Positions 8,707 through 18,239 of a stretch of 64,000 nucleotides of DNA are shown one piece after another. A program made the translations under genes and the position numbers. The notes below the pieces were generated by a model. The model saw nothing but the letters and a program-made list of their open reading frames with translations, was not told where the DNA came from and made no database searches. Source of the stretch: a virus; the IMG/VR virus record IMGVR_UViG_3300020160_001428, positions 8,408 through 72,407 of that record. One strand, written 5' to 3'. The number at the start of each line of letters is the position of its first letter. Positions within the stretch are counted from its first letter, which is position 1.

Positions 8707-9008
8707 ACTGAGAAGCTACTTCCACATCCGCACTTGGTCTGTGCATTTGGATTATCAATGCTAAAATTCGTACCCATTAGATCTTCAGTAAAGTCTAATG
8801 TAGCACCTTGGAGATACTGTGCGCTCATAGAGTCAACGATGACTTTTCCAAACTCAAAATCATCTTCATTTTTAGTTTGATCAAAGTCAAATGCATAGCT
8901 AAATCCGCTACAACCACCACCTTGAATAGCTATTCGTAGAAATGGCTCCTCATTTTCCACTAGAAGTTTTTCAATTTCTGCGTTTGCGTTTTCTGTAATT
9001 GTAATCAT
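8703..9008 (-). CDS. erpA: A-type Fe-S carrier, ErpA-like
   Basis: LRIAIQGGGCSGFSY, NPNAQTKCGCGSSF. Confidence 0.85.
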   Translation of the reverse strand: MITITENANAEIEKLLVENEEPFLRIAIQGGGCSGFSYAFDFDQTKNEDDFEFGKVIVDSMSAQYLQGATLDFTEDLMGTNFSIDNPNAQTKCGCGSSFSV

Positions 9009-9028
9009 AATAAGTCTCCGTATTGTAT

Positions 9029-9193
9029 TTACCAGTGTCGAACCACACCTGCAATAATAAACAAGTTGGTAATAACGTAGCAGAGAACGATAGCAGTCCT
9101 AATAACTGCTATACGGTCTGCTTCGGCATCTGTTGTGCCTGATTTTTCACCTAGGGCTTTTGCCCAGAGTCGCCAAGTGTGTTTTGTAACCAC
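9029..9193 (-). CDS. Small membrane protein (not in ORF track)
   Basis: Manual translation from GTG: VVTKHTWRLWAKALGEKSGTTDAEADRIAVIRTAIVLCYVITNLFIIAGVVRHW; GGAGG upstream; resembles a small protein common in T4-like phages. Confidence 0.65.
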   Translation of the reverse strand: MVTKHTWRLWAKALGEKSGTTDAEADRIAVIRTAIVLCYVITNLFIIAGVVRHW

Positions 9194-9663
9194 GGCTTAC
9201 ACGCCTCCCATGTGGTGTAGATATGCGATTTTCCGCCTGCGGCAATCCATTCGCTACAGTTGCTATGTCTGTCATCAATTAGGATATCGCCCGGTTTGCA
9301 ATGACGATATTTGTCATGACTAAACGGTCCAAAGAATACAGGTATGCCTGGAAAGTGTTTGTTAGCCCACCAGCACTTGTCCCAACTTGCATACTGTCCG
9401 CTGTAATCATGTGGTAATGCTGTTAGGAAGGTAACACGATCTGCTAGTCCTTTTGATACTGCTGATTTACAATAGTCAACTAGTTCGTGGGCACCCGGTT
9501 TTAATGGCAAGTTTGCATAGAAACGCAAGTCTTCTTTGAGCTTATCCCAATCCGCTTGCGGTATGCGTTCGCCTGCACGATCATCCCAACGCATTTTAAG
9601 TATTTCTTGTGCATGTGGTAACCAATCTGCTACTACATCATCCATGTCTAAATATATTTTCAT
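9151..9663 (-). CDS. HAD-family 5'(3')-deoxyribonucleotidase-like
   Basis: YLDMDDVVAD motif I; LIDDR motif. Confidence 0.85.
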   Translation of the reverse strand: MKIYLDMDDVVADWLPHAQEILKMRWDDRAGERIPQADWDKLKEDLRFYANLPLKPGAHELVDYCKSAVSKGLADRVTFLTALPHDYSGQYASWDKCWWANKHFPGIPVFFGPFSHDKYRHCKPGDILIDDRHSNCSEWIAAGGKSHIYTTWEACKPWLQNTLGDSGQKP

Positions 9664-9669
9664 AACTGT

Positions 9670-9698
9670 ATTATACAGTCTATATTTCTAGATGTCAA
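9670..9698 (-). promoter_or_regulatory. Sigma70-type promoter TTGACA-N17-TATAAT, leaderless
   Basis: Perfect consensus; ATG begins 7 nt after the -10. Confidence 0.85.
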
Positions 9699-10679
9699 CT
9701 ATACAACCTTAATATTTGCACCGCCGGTGCCCGATGTTGTAACTGCTACATTATATTCTGTCGGTAGTTGCCAACTTCTACCCACATAGACAATTTGTTT
9801 TGGCCAAGGTGCACCAAAATTTGTTTCGGTTAAGTTATCCGATTGATTACCGCCTAATATCTTTACTGCACCTGTTGTGGGATTATAGCCTCTAAAAAAT
9901 CCAATGTGGCCACCACCGGTTCTTGAAAAAACAACAACGTCATTTAATCTCCACTTAGACGGATCTCCTAATGGTACGGCAGTTCCGTATCCCTTGTATG
10001 CCAAACTACTTAGAGTTTTTAATGAAGGTAAGCAACACATCTTTAATACCCATCCTGCAAATCCTGCACACCAGGGAGTGCTGTCACTGTTGATATTGAA
10101 TCCTACACTTTTATAACAATTGATAATTTTATTATTGCTACCAGTTTCTTTCCACTTACCGGCGCCTGCTTCATAGGCCAATTGATCAAGTGTTCGGCTT
10201 AGTTTTAAAAATTTATCTGTGGGACTTAAATTATCTTCTGCACAATCAGTTAATGGGGTTGTGTTGGACGCAGGTGGTAAGCCGACTGATGACTCAATTG
10301 GTACATCACCCTTGTTCGAAAGCCCAACTGCGGCAGCGGCGCTGTCAGTTTTAGCTGTAGTTGTGCTAGTAGCAAGTCCGCGGACTTCTGGGATTGTTAG
10401 TGTGCGCTTTACAGCTTCGTGCGAGTAGTCGCCGCTGTAGGCAAATACATTTAGACTACCGGTAGTTATGTTACCACCGTCTGACATAGCATCACCTACA
10501 CGAGCAGTTTGTCGATATTCTGCTTCGACTGTTGTTGATCCTCGTACAACGGTGGCGCCCTTGGCATTAGCCGAACCAATCAATGCCATTGGATGGTTAT
10601 TGACCAGTACTGTCTGTGCTCCTTCAACTAATTTTTGATTACTGGCGACATCAACGTCTTGTCTAGCTACACTTGGCAT
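9699..10679 (-). CDS. PAAR-like domain fused to a TIGR02594/CHAP-like peptidoglycan hydrolase
   Basis: N-term VAR..D, GSTTV...TARVGD...ITTGSLNVF; C-term PWCAGF...GGHIGFF...LGGNQSD. Confidence 0.75.
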   Translation of the reverse strand: MPSVARQDVDVASNQKLVEGAQTVLVNNHPMALIGSANAKGATVVRGSTTVEAEYRQTARVGDAMSDGGNITTGSLNVFAYSGDYSHEAVKRTLTIPEVRGLATSTTTAKTDSAAAAVGLSNKGDVPIESSVGLPPASNTTPLTDCAEDNLSPTDKFLKLSRTLDQLAYEAGAGKWKETGSNNKIINCYKSVGFNINSDSTPWCAGFAGWVLKMCCLPSLKTLSSLAYKGYGTAVPLGDPSKWRLNDVVVFSRTGGGHIGFFRGYNPTTGAVKILGGNQSDNLTETNFGAPWPKQIVYVGRSWQLPTEYNVAVTTSGTGGANIKVV

Positions 10680-10682
10680 ATG

Positions 10683-11411
10683 TTAACCTAAGGTAGTAGG
10701 ATTGCCACCTTTAACATTCAAAGCGGTTTGATTAGTTTTGCGAACAACTTCTTGGGCTTTTTCAACAACGAACAAACTGTTTATAGCCGTTTTCGCTTTT
10801 AGATATTGTTTAGCAATCCATCCGCCAATTTCGGTTTGCACCGCCCAGGCTAATGATACATCATAGGCAGTAGTTATGGCTTTTCCAGCATACTCTGTAA
10901 TTGATGTTACAATAGTAGTTTGTGCATCTATCATTGTTACTTCTTTTAATGTTGATTCAACTTTTGCAATAAAAGCCGCTGGAGTTACTATTGTTGGTGG
11001 TTTGCCTGCATCTGCTAGACTTGCATTAGTAGTCTGTTGTTGGAATTCATTATGTTTAGTTTGATCTAAGTAAGCTAATTTTTGTATAGTTGCTTGCTGG
11101 CCTATATGAGTTGATATTGTAGCTAGTCCAGATCTGGATTTTTCCATTTGACCATTCACATCGCTTATCTGTGTTTCAATTGCTTTGAATCTATCGTCCA
11201 TTGATTGTAACTGCTCTAAAATATTTGAAAGTGTGCCTTGAGTTGCACTCATAACTGCAATTGGAGACCCTGGAATTATTAGTCCCGCATTCCCCCATAA
11301 CAATTCATTAGCCGCAGTCTGTGCTATAATAGCCGCGGCAGTAGTATCAGTTATAGTAACACTACCAGTACCTCCTGGCGGTAACACTGTTGTTATTGTA
11401 GTTATGGACAT
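10683..11411 (-). CDS. Hypothetical protein, probably virion-associated
   Basis: 242 aa, AGGAGA RBS, TATAAATA upstream. Confidence 0.7.
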   Translation of the reverse strand: MSITTITTVLPPGGTGSVTITDTTAAAIIAQTAANELLWGNAGLIIPGSPIAVMSATQGTLSNILEQLQSMDDRFKAIETQISDVNGQMEKSRSGLATISTHIGQQATIQKLAYLDQTKHNEFQQQTTNASLADAGKPPTIVTPAAFIAKVESTLKEVTMIDAQTTIVTSITEYAGKAITTAYDVSLAWAVQTEIGGWIAKQYLKAKTAINSLFVVEKAQEVVRKTNQTALNVKGGNPTTLG

Positions 11412-11436
11412 GTATTCTTCTCCTAATCTATATCAA

Positions 11437-11444
11437 TATTTATA
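11437..11444 (-). promoter_or_regulatory. T4-type late promoter TATAAATA
   Basis: Exact T4 late consensus upstream of the 10683/PAAR genes. Confidence 0.7.
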
Positions 11445-11730
11445 CCAGTTTTATGCCTGAAGTTTGTTCTAAGAACTGCTTGGCAAATGTAGCATCGGTA
11501 ACTTCAGCAACGGTCACAGTACCTTTGGATAGTTTGACTTCTTTGTCGGGATTTACTGTAAACAAGTAAGGCATTAGTCCCGGGCCATTTGGACCCATAG
11601 CAATAACCATAGGACGACTTAGTCTATAATGCATAGGACCATCATCGACTAGCTTGGCTACTAGTTCTTCTCCGCTAGTAAGTTTGAATGTAATAACTTC
11701 ACCGATTACAACGCCTTTATCAATAATCAT
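11440..11730 (-). CDS. Conserved phage protein (possible Sm-like fold)
   Basis: ITFKLTSGEELVAK...GLMPYLFT pattern. Confidence 0.7.
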   Translation of the reverse strand: MIIDKGVVIGEVITFKLTSGEELVAKLVDDGPMHYRLSRPMVIAMGPNGPGLMPYLFTVNPDKEVKLSKGTVTVAEVTDATFAKQFLEQTSGIKLV

Positions 11731-11731
11731 A

Positions 11732-11974
11732 TTAACCTTTTAATGTAGTAAAAAATGCTTCGTCTTTGTCTGCAAGTCCTTGAAAGCCGCCCGGCAATAG
11801 AACTCCGTCTTTAAAAATCTGGGGAACGCTACGTAGGCCTTGATCTACAAGGAACTCACGTGCTTCGGGTGCGTCTTCCATCTTAATCACTTTAAATGGA
11901 ACACCTTTGCTTTCTAATAGTGCTTTTGCTCTGTCACAAAATGGACAGTTGTTTTTTGAATATACTGTAATCAT
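11732..11974 (-). CDS. Glutaredoxin
   Basis: CPFC active site, RSVPQIF, GGF. Confidence 0.93.
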   Translation of the reverse strand: MITVYSKNNCPFCDRAKALLESKGVPFKVIKMEDAPEAREFLVDQGLRSVPQIFKDGVLLPGGFQGLADKDEAFFTTLKG

Positions 11975-11982
11975 ACTTTCTC

Positions 11983-13083
11983 TTATAATGATGGCAATGC
12001 GTCATAGTCTAATGTTTCGCTCATTACACCAATGACATAGTTTGTTGATTCTGATTCTTGTAAGGCAGTTTGTTTCTTGCTTGTGTCAACGTGCTTGTTA
12101 AACCAAGGAATAGGAGTTGACTTAGGAGCACTGGCCTGATACTTGATGCCAATCTCTTTTAGTGCGCTAACTGCGGTGTAGTCTACAAAGTCACGAAGGA
12201 TGTTTGCATTCAACCCGATTACTGGACCCATCTTAAACAAGTATGTAGCCCAATCTTTTTCTTCACGAATAACATCCATATATAGTGCATATACTTCTTG
12301 TTCACATTCTATTTTGGCAGCGGCAAAGCGTGGGTCTTCTTTAACCACTTGATTGATCAAATAAGCTGTCCAACCTTTATGCAGTAGTTCGTCTTGTAAG
12401 ATCAACTGTATAATGTTACCATTGCCCATAAAGATTTTGTTTTCTACCATTGCTAAACTTGTAGCAAACGATACCATGAAGCGGAACGCTTCTAAAGCAT
12501 AGCTGGCATGTAGCGCCATGTAGATTGCTTTGATGTGTTCTTTCTCATTAACTGATCCGTCCATTTCTTTCATACAGTTAATTCGATGTAACCTTTCGTA
12601 GTGTTCTCCAACACTCGATGCCATGTCTACAATTTCTTTAGTGTCGTGGATAGTGTTGAACACATCCTTTGGTACGTTATAGATGTTACGAATAATATGG
12701 CTGTAGCTCTTTGAGTGAATGTTAGTTTCAAAGAATGTCCAGTTATATATCAATGCTTCTAGTTCAGGCAATGATACCACAGGCATAAAGATTTGGCTTG
12801 GGCCGCGTCCTTGTAAACTATCTAATGCTGTTTGACGTAGCAAGTTACTGGTGAAGATGTGTTTAACAGCATCACTAGCATCTTTGAAGTCGTTACTATC
12901 TTTAGTAAGACTAATCTCTTCTGGTTGCCAAAAGAAGCCACGTGCAGTTGCTTCAAAGTCTGCAATCTTCTTGTACTTAACTTCTTCAAAACGTTGAATA
13001 GTAACTGGGCCAGCTGGGTCCAGAAACATCTTACGATTAAGATAGTCTGTCTTTGTGTTTAAGTTATATTGTTGTTTGCTCAT
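11983..13083 (-). CDS. nrdB: Ribonucleotide reductase class Ia beta subunit
   Basis: FFWQPEEISL, ETNIHSKSY, EAFRFMVSF, DELLH, ALQESE...Y. Confidence 0.96.
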   Translation of the reverse strand: MSKQQYNLNTKTDYLNRKMFLDPAGPVTIQRFEEVKYKKIADFEATARGFFWQPEEISLTKDSNDFKDASDAVKHIFTSNLLRQTALDSLQGRGPSQIFMPVVSLPELEALIYNWTFFETNIHSKSYSHIIRNIYNVPKDVFNTIHDTKEIVDMASSVGEHYERLHRINCMKEMDGSVNEKEHIKAIYMALHASYALEAFRFMVSFATSLAMVENKIFMGNGNIIQLILQDELLHKGWTAYLINQVVKEDPRFAAAKIECEQEVYALYMDVIREEKDWATYLFKMGPVIGLNANILRDFVDYTAVSALKEIGIKYQASAPKSTPIPWFNKHVDTSKKQTALQESESTNYVIGVMSETLDYDALPSL

Positions 13084-13734
13084 TTAATATTTTCCTGATG
13101 CAAGTACTATCTTGCAAATGTGTTCTAGTCTTTCTATGTGTTCGTATGCTCGCCATGGACTTGTGTCAATAGCAACCACCCCGTGTCCTTTGATGCCTAC
13201 AATATCGTAAGCAATATTTCCGTCTTTATCTAGCTGTAAATTCTCATGACAACGATCAGCAAGTTCTTGACTAATCGGAGCCACATCTCCTACATTAGGT
13301 GCTACCTTAGTATATCGATTGAGTTCTGGAAAAGACTCACTGATAGTACTAAGTTCAATACCGGCATGCATGGCCGCAATACAGTAGGTCGGGTGTACAT
13401 GGACTACAACACGGACCTCACCTGTATGCTGACCCATTTCTTTTTGCAATCCAAAGTGTAACGGAAGTTCTCCACTAGGCTTTAGGTTCTTACTAATCTC
13501 AGTGTAGTCTAGTTCTACACTAGCATGATACCTAGTCGGTGGCTGATCGTAGTAGCCTGTTTCAATACCAATCTTCTTGAACTGATCAGGCTGTAGTGTT
13601 TGTTTACGTACACCGCTGGGCGTGATGTAAAAGTGATCACGGTCATGATGTCGTATGCTGACATTACCATCACGACTAGTGATCCAGTTACGCTTATAAG
13701 CGTCTACCATTATGTCACAGATTGTTTCTAACAT
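13084..13734 (-). CDS. Class II aldolase/adducin family protein
   Basis: DGNVS, ITPSG, PSGELPLH, VVHVHP, GHG. Confidence 0.88.
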   Translation of the reverse strand: MLETICDIMVDAYKRNWITSRDGNVSIRHHDRDHFYITPSGVRKQTLQPDQFKKIGIETGYYDQPPTRYHASVELDYTEISKNLKPSGELPLHFGLQKEMGQHTGEVRVVVHVHPTYCIAAMHAGIELSTISESFPELNRYTKVAPNVGDVAPISQELADRCHENLQLDKDGNIAYDIVGIKGHGVVAIDTSPWRAYEHIERLEHICKIVLASGKY

Positions 13735-16061
13735 TATAGTTTACAGGCTTCGCAGTCTTCTTCTTCAAAGTCAACTTCAACATAAGTTTGTGCAACACTC
13801 TGTACAAGTTCCTCTTTGGCCTTACTACCTGCTTTATTGATTAGGCTGTAGTAGAATGTTTTCAATCCCCAATAGTGAGCTTGCATTAGATTTTTTGCAA
13901 TCAATGTGGTTGGCACCTTACGATCTGCAAAGTGTGCAGGATTGTAAAATGTGTTAGTACTAATACTTTGATCAACGTATGCGGCCAGTACTGCGGCAGT
14001 TTTTAAATAACCGTCACAGTCCTTTTGATCCCACATCATTTGATATTTGCTCTTGAGTTTATGATACTCAGGGACAACTTGGACAAAGGAACCTGCTTTG
14101 CTTTCCTTAACTGAAATAAGCGACATAGGCATTTCAATGCCATTAGTGCTATTAATAACAACACTAGAACTTTCAACAGGGGCAATAGCCATAAGTGTAG
14201 CATTTCTAACTCCATGCAATTTCATATTAACTCGTAATGTTTCCCAATCTAGTTCAGGTGTAAAGTCAGCAAGTTCGTTTGATCCTTTGGCACGTGTCTC
14301 CCAAGGAAAGATGCCTTGTCCGTAGCGTGTCTTCTCACTATGTAAGCAAGCGCCACGTTCTTTGGCTAGTTCAACTGTTGCTTCTGTTAGATAATAGGCC
14401 TGATGTTCCATCCATGCCTTAACATCTTGTAAGGCATCTTTCTCCCCGTACTTCATGCCACGTTTAGCATGCCAATAGGCCAAGTTAGTAACGCCGATAC
14501 CCAATGGCTGAATCTCATCATTGCTTAGTTTACTCTGTATACTTAAGAAGTCTTGATAGTCAAGTATGTTGCATAGACTACGTTGTAAAATGCGGCAAGC
14601 ACGGCGCATGTCTTCCGGATTCCGGAATGCTCCCCAGTTGATAGATCCTAATGTACATAACGCTATGCGACCTTCAGCGTCATCTAGACGTTTGAAAGAT
14701 TTTGTGGGCAGTAGGATTTCACAACATAAGTTACTTTGATAGATAGTATGGTACTCTGGGTCGAACGGACCCTGGTTCATCACATTGTCAATGAACACTA
14801 GATAGATACGTCCTGTATCAGTACGTTCTTTCAGTATGCCTGACTTGAATACTTCTTCGGCTGACATTGTCTTTGTACGCAAATCTTTACGCTTTTCGTA
14901 CTTGACATACAGCTCTTCAAAACGTTCAGTGTTTTTATAAAATGCTTCATACAAGTCAGGAACTTCGTTTGGATCAAAGAAAGTTATGTTTTCTTTGTTC
15001 TTAAATCTTCTCCAGAAGAAGGCACTAAGCACAACCCCATAATCCATATGACGGACTCGGGTTTCTTCTGTTCCTTGGTTGTTCTTAAGCACAATAAGGT
15101 CATCAAACTGATGATGCCAAATAGGATAGAATACAGTAGCACTAGCATTACGAATGCCTCCTTGACTGCAACTACGTAGGTCTCCAAACCATTTCTTTAA
15201 AAAAGGTATCATACCTGTGTGCATGATCTCCCCACCTCTGATGGGACTACCTAATGGACGTAAGCGACCAATCTCCAAACCAATACCTGCACGTTTGCTA
15301 GCATACTTGGCCATCATCTCACCTGAAGCAAAGATGCTGTCTAGGTCGTCGTCTGATCTGATGAGGACGCAACTTGAGAACTGCTTGGTAGGAGTCCCCA
15401 GGCCAGCAAGTACAGGAGTAGCGAGAGTAAATAGACCGTCTGAAGCTGCCTGATAATATTCTTTGATAAATCGCATACGAGCTGTGTTAGGTTCTTCTTT
15501 GTGGAAGACTGTAGCGGCTGCGACAATGTAACGTACTTGAGGTGTTTCATAAATTTCCTTTGTGGCGCGATTACGCACTAGGTACTTTTCGATTAGTTGT
15601 TCAATGCTGGCGTATCCATACTCTTCATCTTTCTCATGATCCAGCATGTCATCCATTTTATTCCAATCTTCTTGTGTATACCATGTTAGTAGTTCTTGAG
15701 TATACAATCCGGTAGCCACATTCTTTTTAACTATTTCATAAAGGTGAGGAGGCTCATAACTGCCATAGACATCTTTACGTAGCATCGACAGTCGTTGTTT
15801 GCCTGCTACATATTGATAGTTGGTGTGTCCAATATCGGGATTTGATTCTACATCGATTAGGTCCACAATAGCACGTAGAGTTATTTCGTCAATCTCTTGT
15901 GTTGTGATACCGTCATAAAAATGTGGCTGGGCTTTGATTTCGATCATACTCTGACTTACGTCAGCTATACCGCTACAAACCTTTGCAATCTGTGTCTGCC
16001 ATTTTTCTATTGTTAGTGGCTCTTTTAGGCCACTTCGTTTTGTTACTGTTATTGTTGTCAT
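13734..16061 (-). CDS. nrdA: Ribonucleotide reductase class Ia alpha subunit with ATP cone
   Basis: VTKRSG, QFSSCVL, QSNLCCEI, C-terminal CEACKL. Confidence 0.97.
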   Translation of the reverse strand: MTTITVTKRSGLKEPLTIEKWQTQIAKVCSGIADVSQSMIEIKAQPHFYDGITTQEIDEITLRAIVDLIDVESNPDIGHTNYQYVAGKQRLSMLRKDVYGSYEPPHLYEIVKKNVATGLYTQELLTWYTQEDWNKMDDMLDHEKDEEYGYASIEQLIEKYLVRNRATKEIYETPQVRYIVAAATVFHKEEPNTARMRFIKEYYQAASDGLFTLATPVLAGLGTPTKQFSSCVLIRSDDDLDSIFASGEMMAKYASKRAGIGLEIGRLRPLGSPIRGGEIMHTGMIPFLKKWFGDLRSCSQGGIRNASATVFYPIWHHQFDDLIVLKNNQGTEETRVRHMDYGVVLSAFFWRRFKNKENITFFDPNEVPDLYEAFYKNTERFEELYVKYEKRKDLRTKTMSAEEVFKSGILKERTDTGRIYLVFIDNVMNQGPFDPEYHTIYQSNLCCEILLPTKSFKRLDDAEGRIALCTLGSINWGAFRNPEDMRRACRILQRSLCNILDYQDFLSIQSKLSNDEIQPLGIGVTNLAYWHAKRGMKYGEKDALQDVKAWMEHQAYYLTEATVELAKERGACLHSEKTRYGQGIFPWETRAKGSNELADFTPELDWETLRVNMKLHGVRNATLMAIAPVESSSVVINSTNGIEMPMSLISVKESKAGSFVQVVPEYHKLKSKYQMMWDQKDCDGYLKTAAVLAAYVDQSISTNTFYNPAHFADRKVPTTLIAKNLMQAHYWGLKTFYYSLINKAGSKAKEELVQSVAQTYVEVDFEEEDCEACKL

Positions 16062-16088
16062 TAGTCTCTCTTGCAAAGTGTTGAATAT

Positions 16089-16514
16089 TTAGTGTGTTGT
16101 CGGAAGCTCTATGATCTTTTGTATATGTATACTTTTTGGAACTTGGGTTATATGCACACTTTTTTCTAAATCAACACCTAGCACACTATCGTTGATAATA
16201 CACATATAATACAGTCTTGATTGACTTTTGTCAATGCCTACTTTGAATACAGGTTGCCAATCTATAAACCGATCAGTTAATTGTAACGTGTATACAATGG
16301 CTAATGTTCGAGTGTATTCACAATAGGCATTCTCTTCAATCATCTGCCAAGGGCCAGGCCAGGTGGCGAGATCATACGGATCTATGTTGCGACTAGTTTC
16401 GGGAGCTTGGTTCCAAAAGTCTATTGCAGACTGTATTGGATTAGGGTCGTTAGATAATGCTACTCTAAAGTCGTGCCATGCTCTGAGACGATCTTCAAAC
16501 TTTTTATCAAACAT
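16089..16514 (-). CDS. Hypothetical protein
   Basis: 141 aa ORF in operon. Confidence 0.7.
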   Translation of the reverse strand: MFDKKFEDRLRAWHDFRVALSNDPNPIQSAIDFWNQAPETSRNIDPYDLATWPGPWQMIEENAYCEYTRTLAIVYTLQLTDRFIDWQPVFKVGIDKSQSRLYYMCIINDSVLGVDLEKSVHITQVPKSIHIQKIIELPTTH

Positions 16515-16517
16515 TGG

Positions 16518-18206
16518 TTAACTTAATATTTCGTACCAATAATTAATATAACCAGATTCAATACCTGTACTGTTTGAATATTTTATATAAACAGTTTCTG
16601 CATTGCCGTCTCCAACTGTTGCAGGCAATACTGGCTGGTCTTGTAGTGTTGCAGTAAATGATAGACTTTCAAATCTTGCAGGATTACCTGTGATATCATA
16701 CTCGTCAGTTAGTTTTACAGCATTATTAAATTTGTCAACAGTGATGTATAGTGTACCTTGACGTACTACCATAGTACTCTGACTACGATAGATATAGTGC
16801 AAATTAATTCTTGAACTAACGTTGCCTGGTAAACGAGCAAACGTACTGTTAATTGCACTGGCTTGGACTAACACCTGTAAATTGTATTTGTGATTACTAT
16901 GAGCTACACCACTAATTTCGCTAATGTATCTATAATCACGGAATCCTGTTTTGTTAGTTAATTCTTCACTACGTTGGAAATAATCGTTATCACTAACGTT
17001 ACTTCCTTGTCCAAAATGTATTACGCTATATGCGGCTGTTGAACTATTGCCGCCATCGTTGCCTACTTTAAAGTATTTGTTACCTTGTGATAGGTTATTT
17101 CTTCCGGCAACAATATTAATCCCATGTTCGTTAATTAAATCAAAGCGTGAATTTAAAAACGAATTGCTTCGTGGACCTTCTTGTTGGCCAGGTGCGTATT
17201 GATCGATAGATTGACCAAACAGTACGCCTTGACCTAAATTATAAAATAAACAATTGTCAAAAGTATTTGATATAATGTCAAAGGTACTGTTAACGGCATA
17301 GCTGGCATTAACAAAATCACAATTGATAAACATATTATCTTTACTAGTGATTACTCCGCTAGTTGCACGTAACTGAACACATGAATCTGCTTCAACTTTA
17401 GTACTGTCTATTAGATCAAATGAGCTTTGAAATTTAACATTGTTAAAATTTGAATCTGTTGTAGAATCTAAAATCATAACAGGAGCCAGTGACTGCGTAC
17501 TTCTCAATGTCATGCCGCTAACTTCTATAAATTTTGGTTGGTTTGAATTGGTCATGTTAACTAGAGTAACATATCCCACAACACCAACAGTTGGACTACC
17601 AACTGTTTGAAATACAGGGGCATTGGCAGTTTGCACAATAACTGTTTTATCCTTGCCCGCGCCTCTTAATACAGCAAATGGAGGAACTTTTATACTTGCA
17701 CTAATTTTGTAAATCCCGGGCTCGATGTTTATTATAATTCTATTTGATTCAGAAACATGCTCACCTGCTGGAACACCTTTAATGTACAGCTCATCAATTG
17801 CACGTTGCAAAGCCGCAGTATCGTCATTGGTAAATGTGTATATATCTGTTGATACATTATAAGAGCCGCCACCAATTGCTCCAAAACTTCTAGTGCTAAC
17901 TGTGTCATCTAGACGCTGTTGGAATGTACGTTGAACAGGAGTACCAGCAGTGGGACCTGTTTGAATAGTTCCTAGTGTACGTTTGTACTCATACTGTAAT
18001 GCTAGGTCAAGAATGTTATCATGCTCAGTAAGAATCTTAGTATTGCCTACATAGGGCGATCCTTCTTGTATTGATCCGTTACCGATGAACAGTTCTTGAC
18101 TATCGATAGCCCAGCCCATCTCTCCGCTGGCTAACTGCGGAACACTTGTTCCTGAATTTTTACGCCCTCTTCGGACTTGTACGCGACTTATTTGGACTAC
18201 GGCCAT
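16518..18206 (-). CDS. Virion structural protein with pectate-lyase-like beta-helix
   Basis: N-term ISRVQVRRG...LASGEMGW...LFIGNG; FGAIG..DDTAALQRAI...PGIY motif. Confidence 0.75.
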   Translation of the reverse strand: MAVVQISRVQVRRGRKNSGTSVPQLASGEMGWAIDSQELFIGNGSIQEGSPYVGNTKILTEHDNILDLALQYEYKRTLGTIQTGPTAGTPVQRTFQQRLDDTVSTRSFGAIGGGSYNVSTDIYTFTNDDTAALQRAIDELYIKGVPAGEHVSESNRIIINIEPGIYKISASIKVPPFAVLRGAGKDKTVIVQTANAPVFQTVGSPTVGVVGYVTLVNMTNSNQPKFIEVSGMTLRSTQSLAPVMILDSTTDSNFNNVKFQSSFDLIDSTKVEADSCVQLRATSGVITSKDNMFINCDFVNASYAVNSTFDIISNTFDNCLFYNLGQGVLFGQSIDQYAPGQQEGPRSNSFLNSRFDLINEHGINIVAGRNNLSQGNKYFKVGNDGGNSSTAAYSVIHFGQGSNVSDNDYFQRSEELTNKTGFRDYRYISEISGVAHSNHKYNLQVLVQASAINSTFARLPGNVSSRINLHYIYRSQSTMVVRQGTLYITVDKFNNAVKLTDEYDITGNPARFESLSFTATLQDQPVLPATVGDGNAETVYIKYSNSTGIESGYINYWYEILS

Positions 18207-18239
18207 TGTAAACACTCCATTATAGAGTATTTATGCCAT

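Noticed and set aside
1-16061. Bacterial chromosome origin suggested by dnaK, rpsU, isc and nrd genes
   Set aside because: No bacterial synteny (no dnaJ/grpE, iscS/hscAB); genes are interleaved with virion genes and T4-like late promoters
11983-16061. Introns or inteins in nrdA/nrdB
   Set aside because: Both ORFs are of normal length and continuous; the intervening gene is an aldolase, not a homing endonuclease
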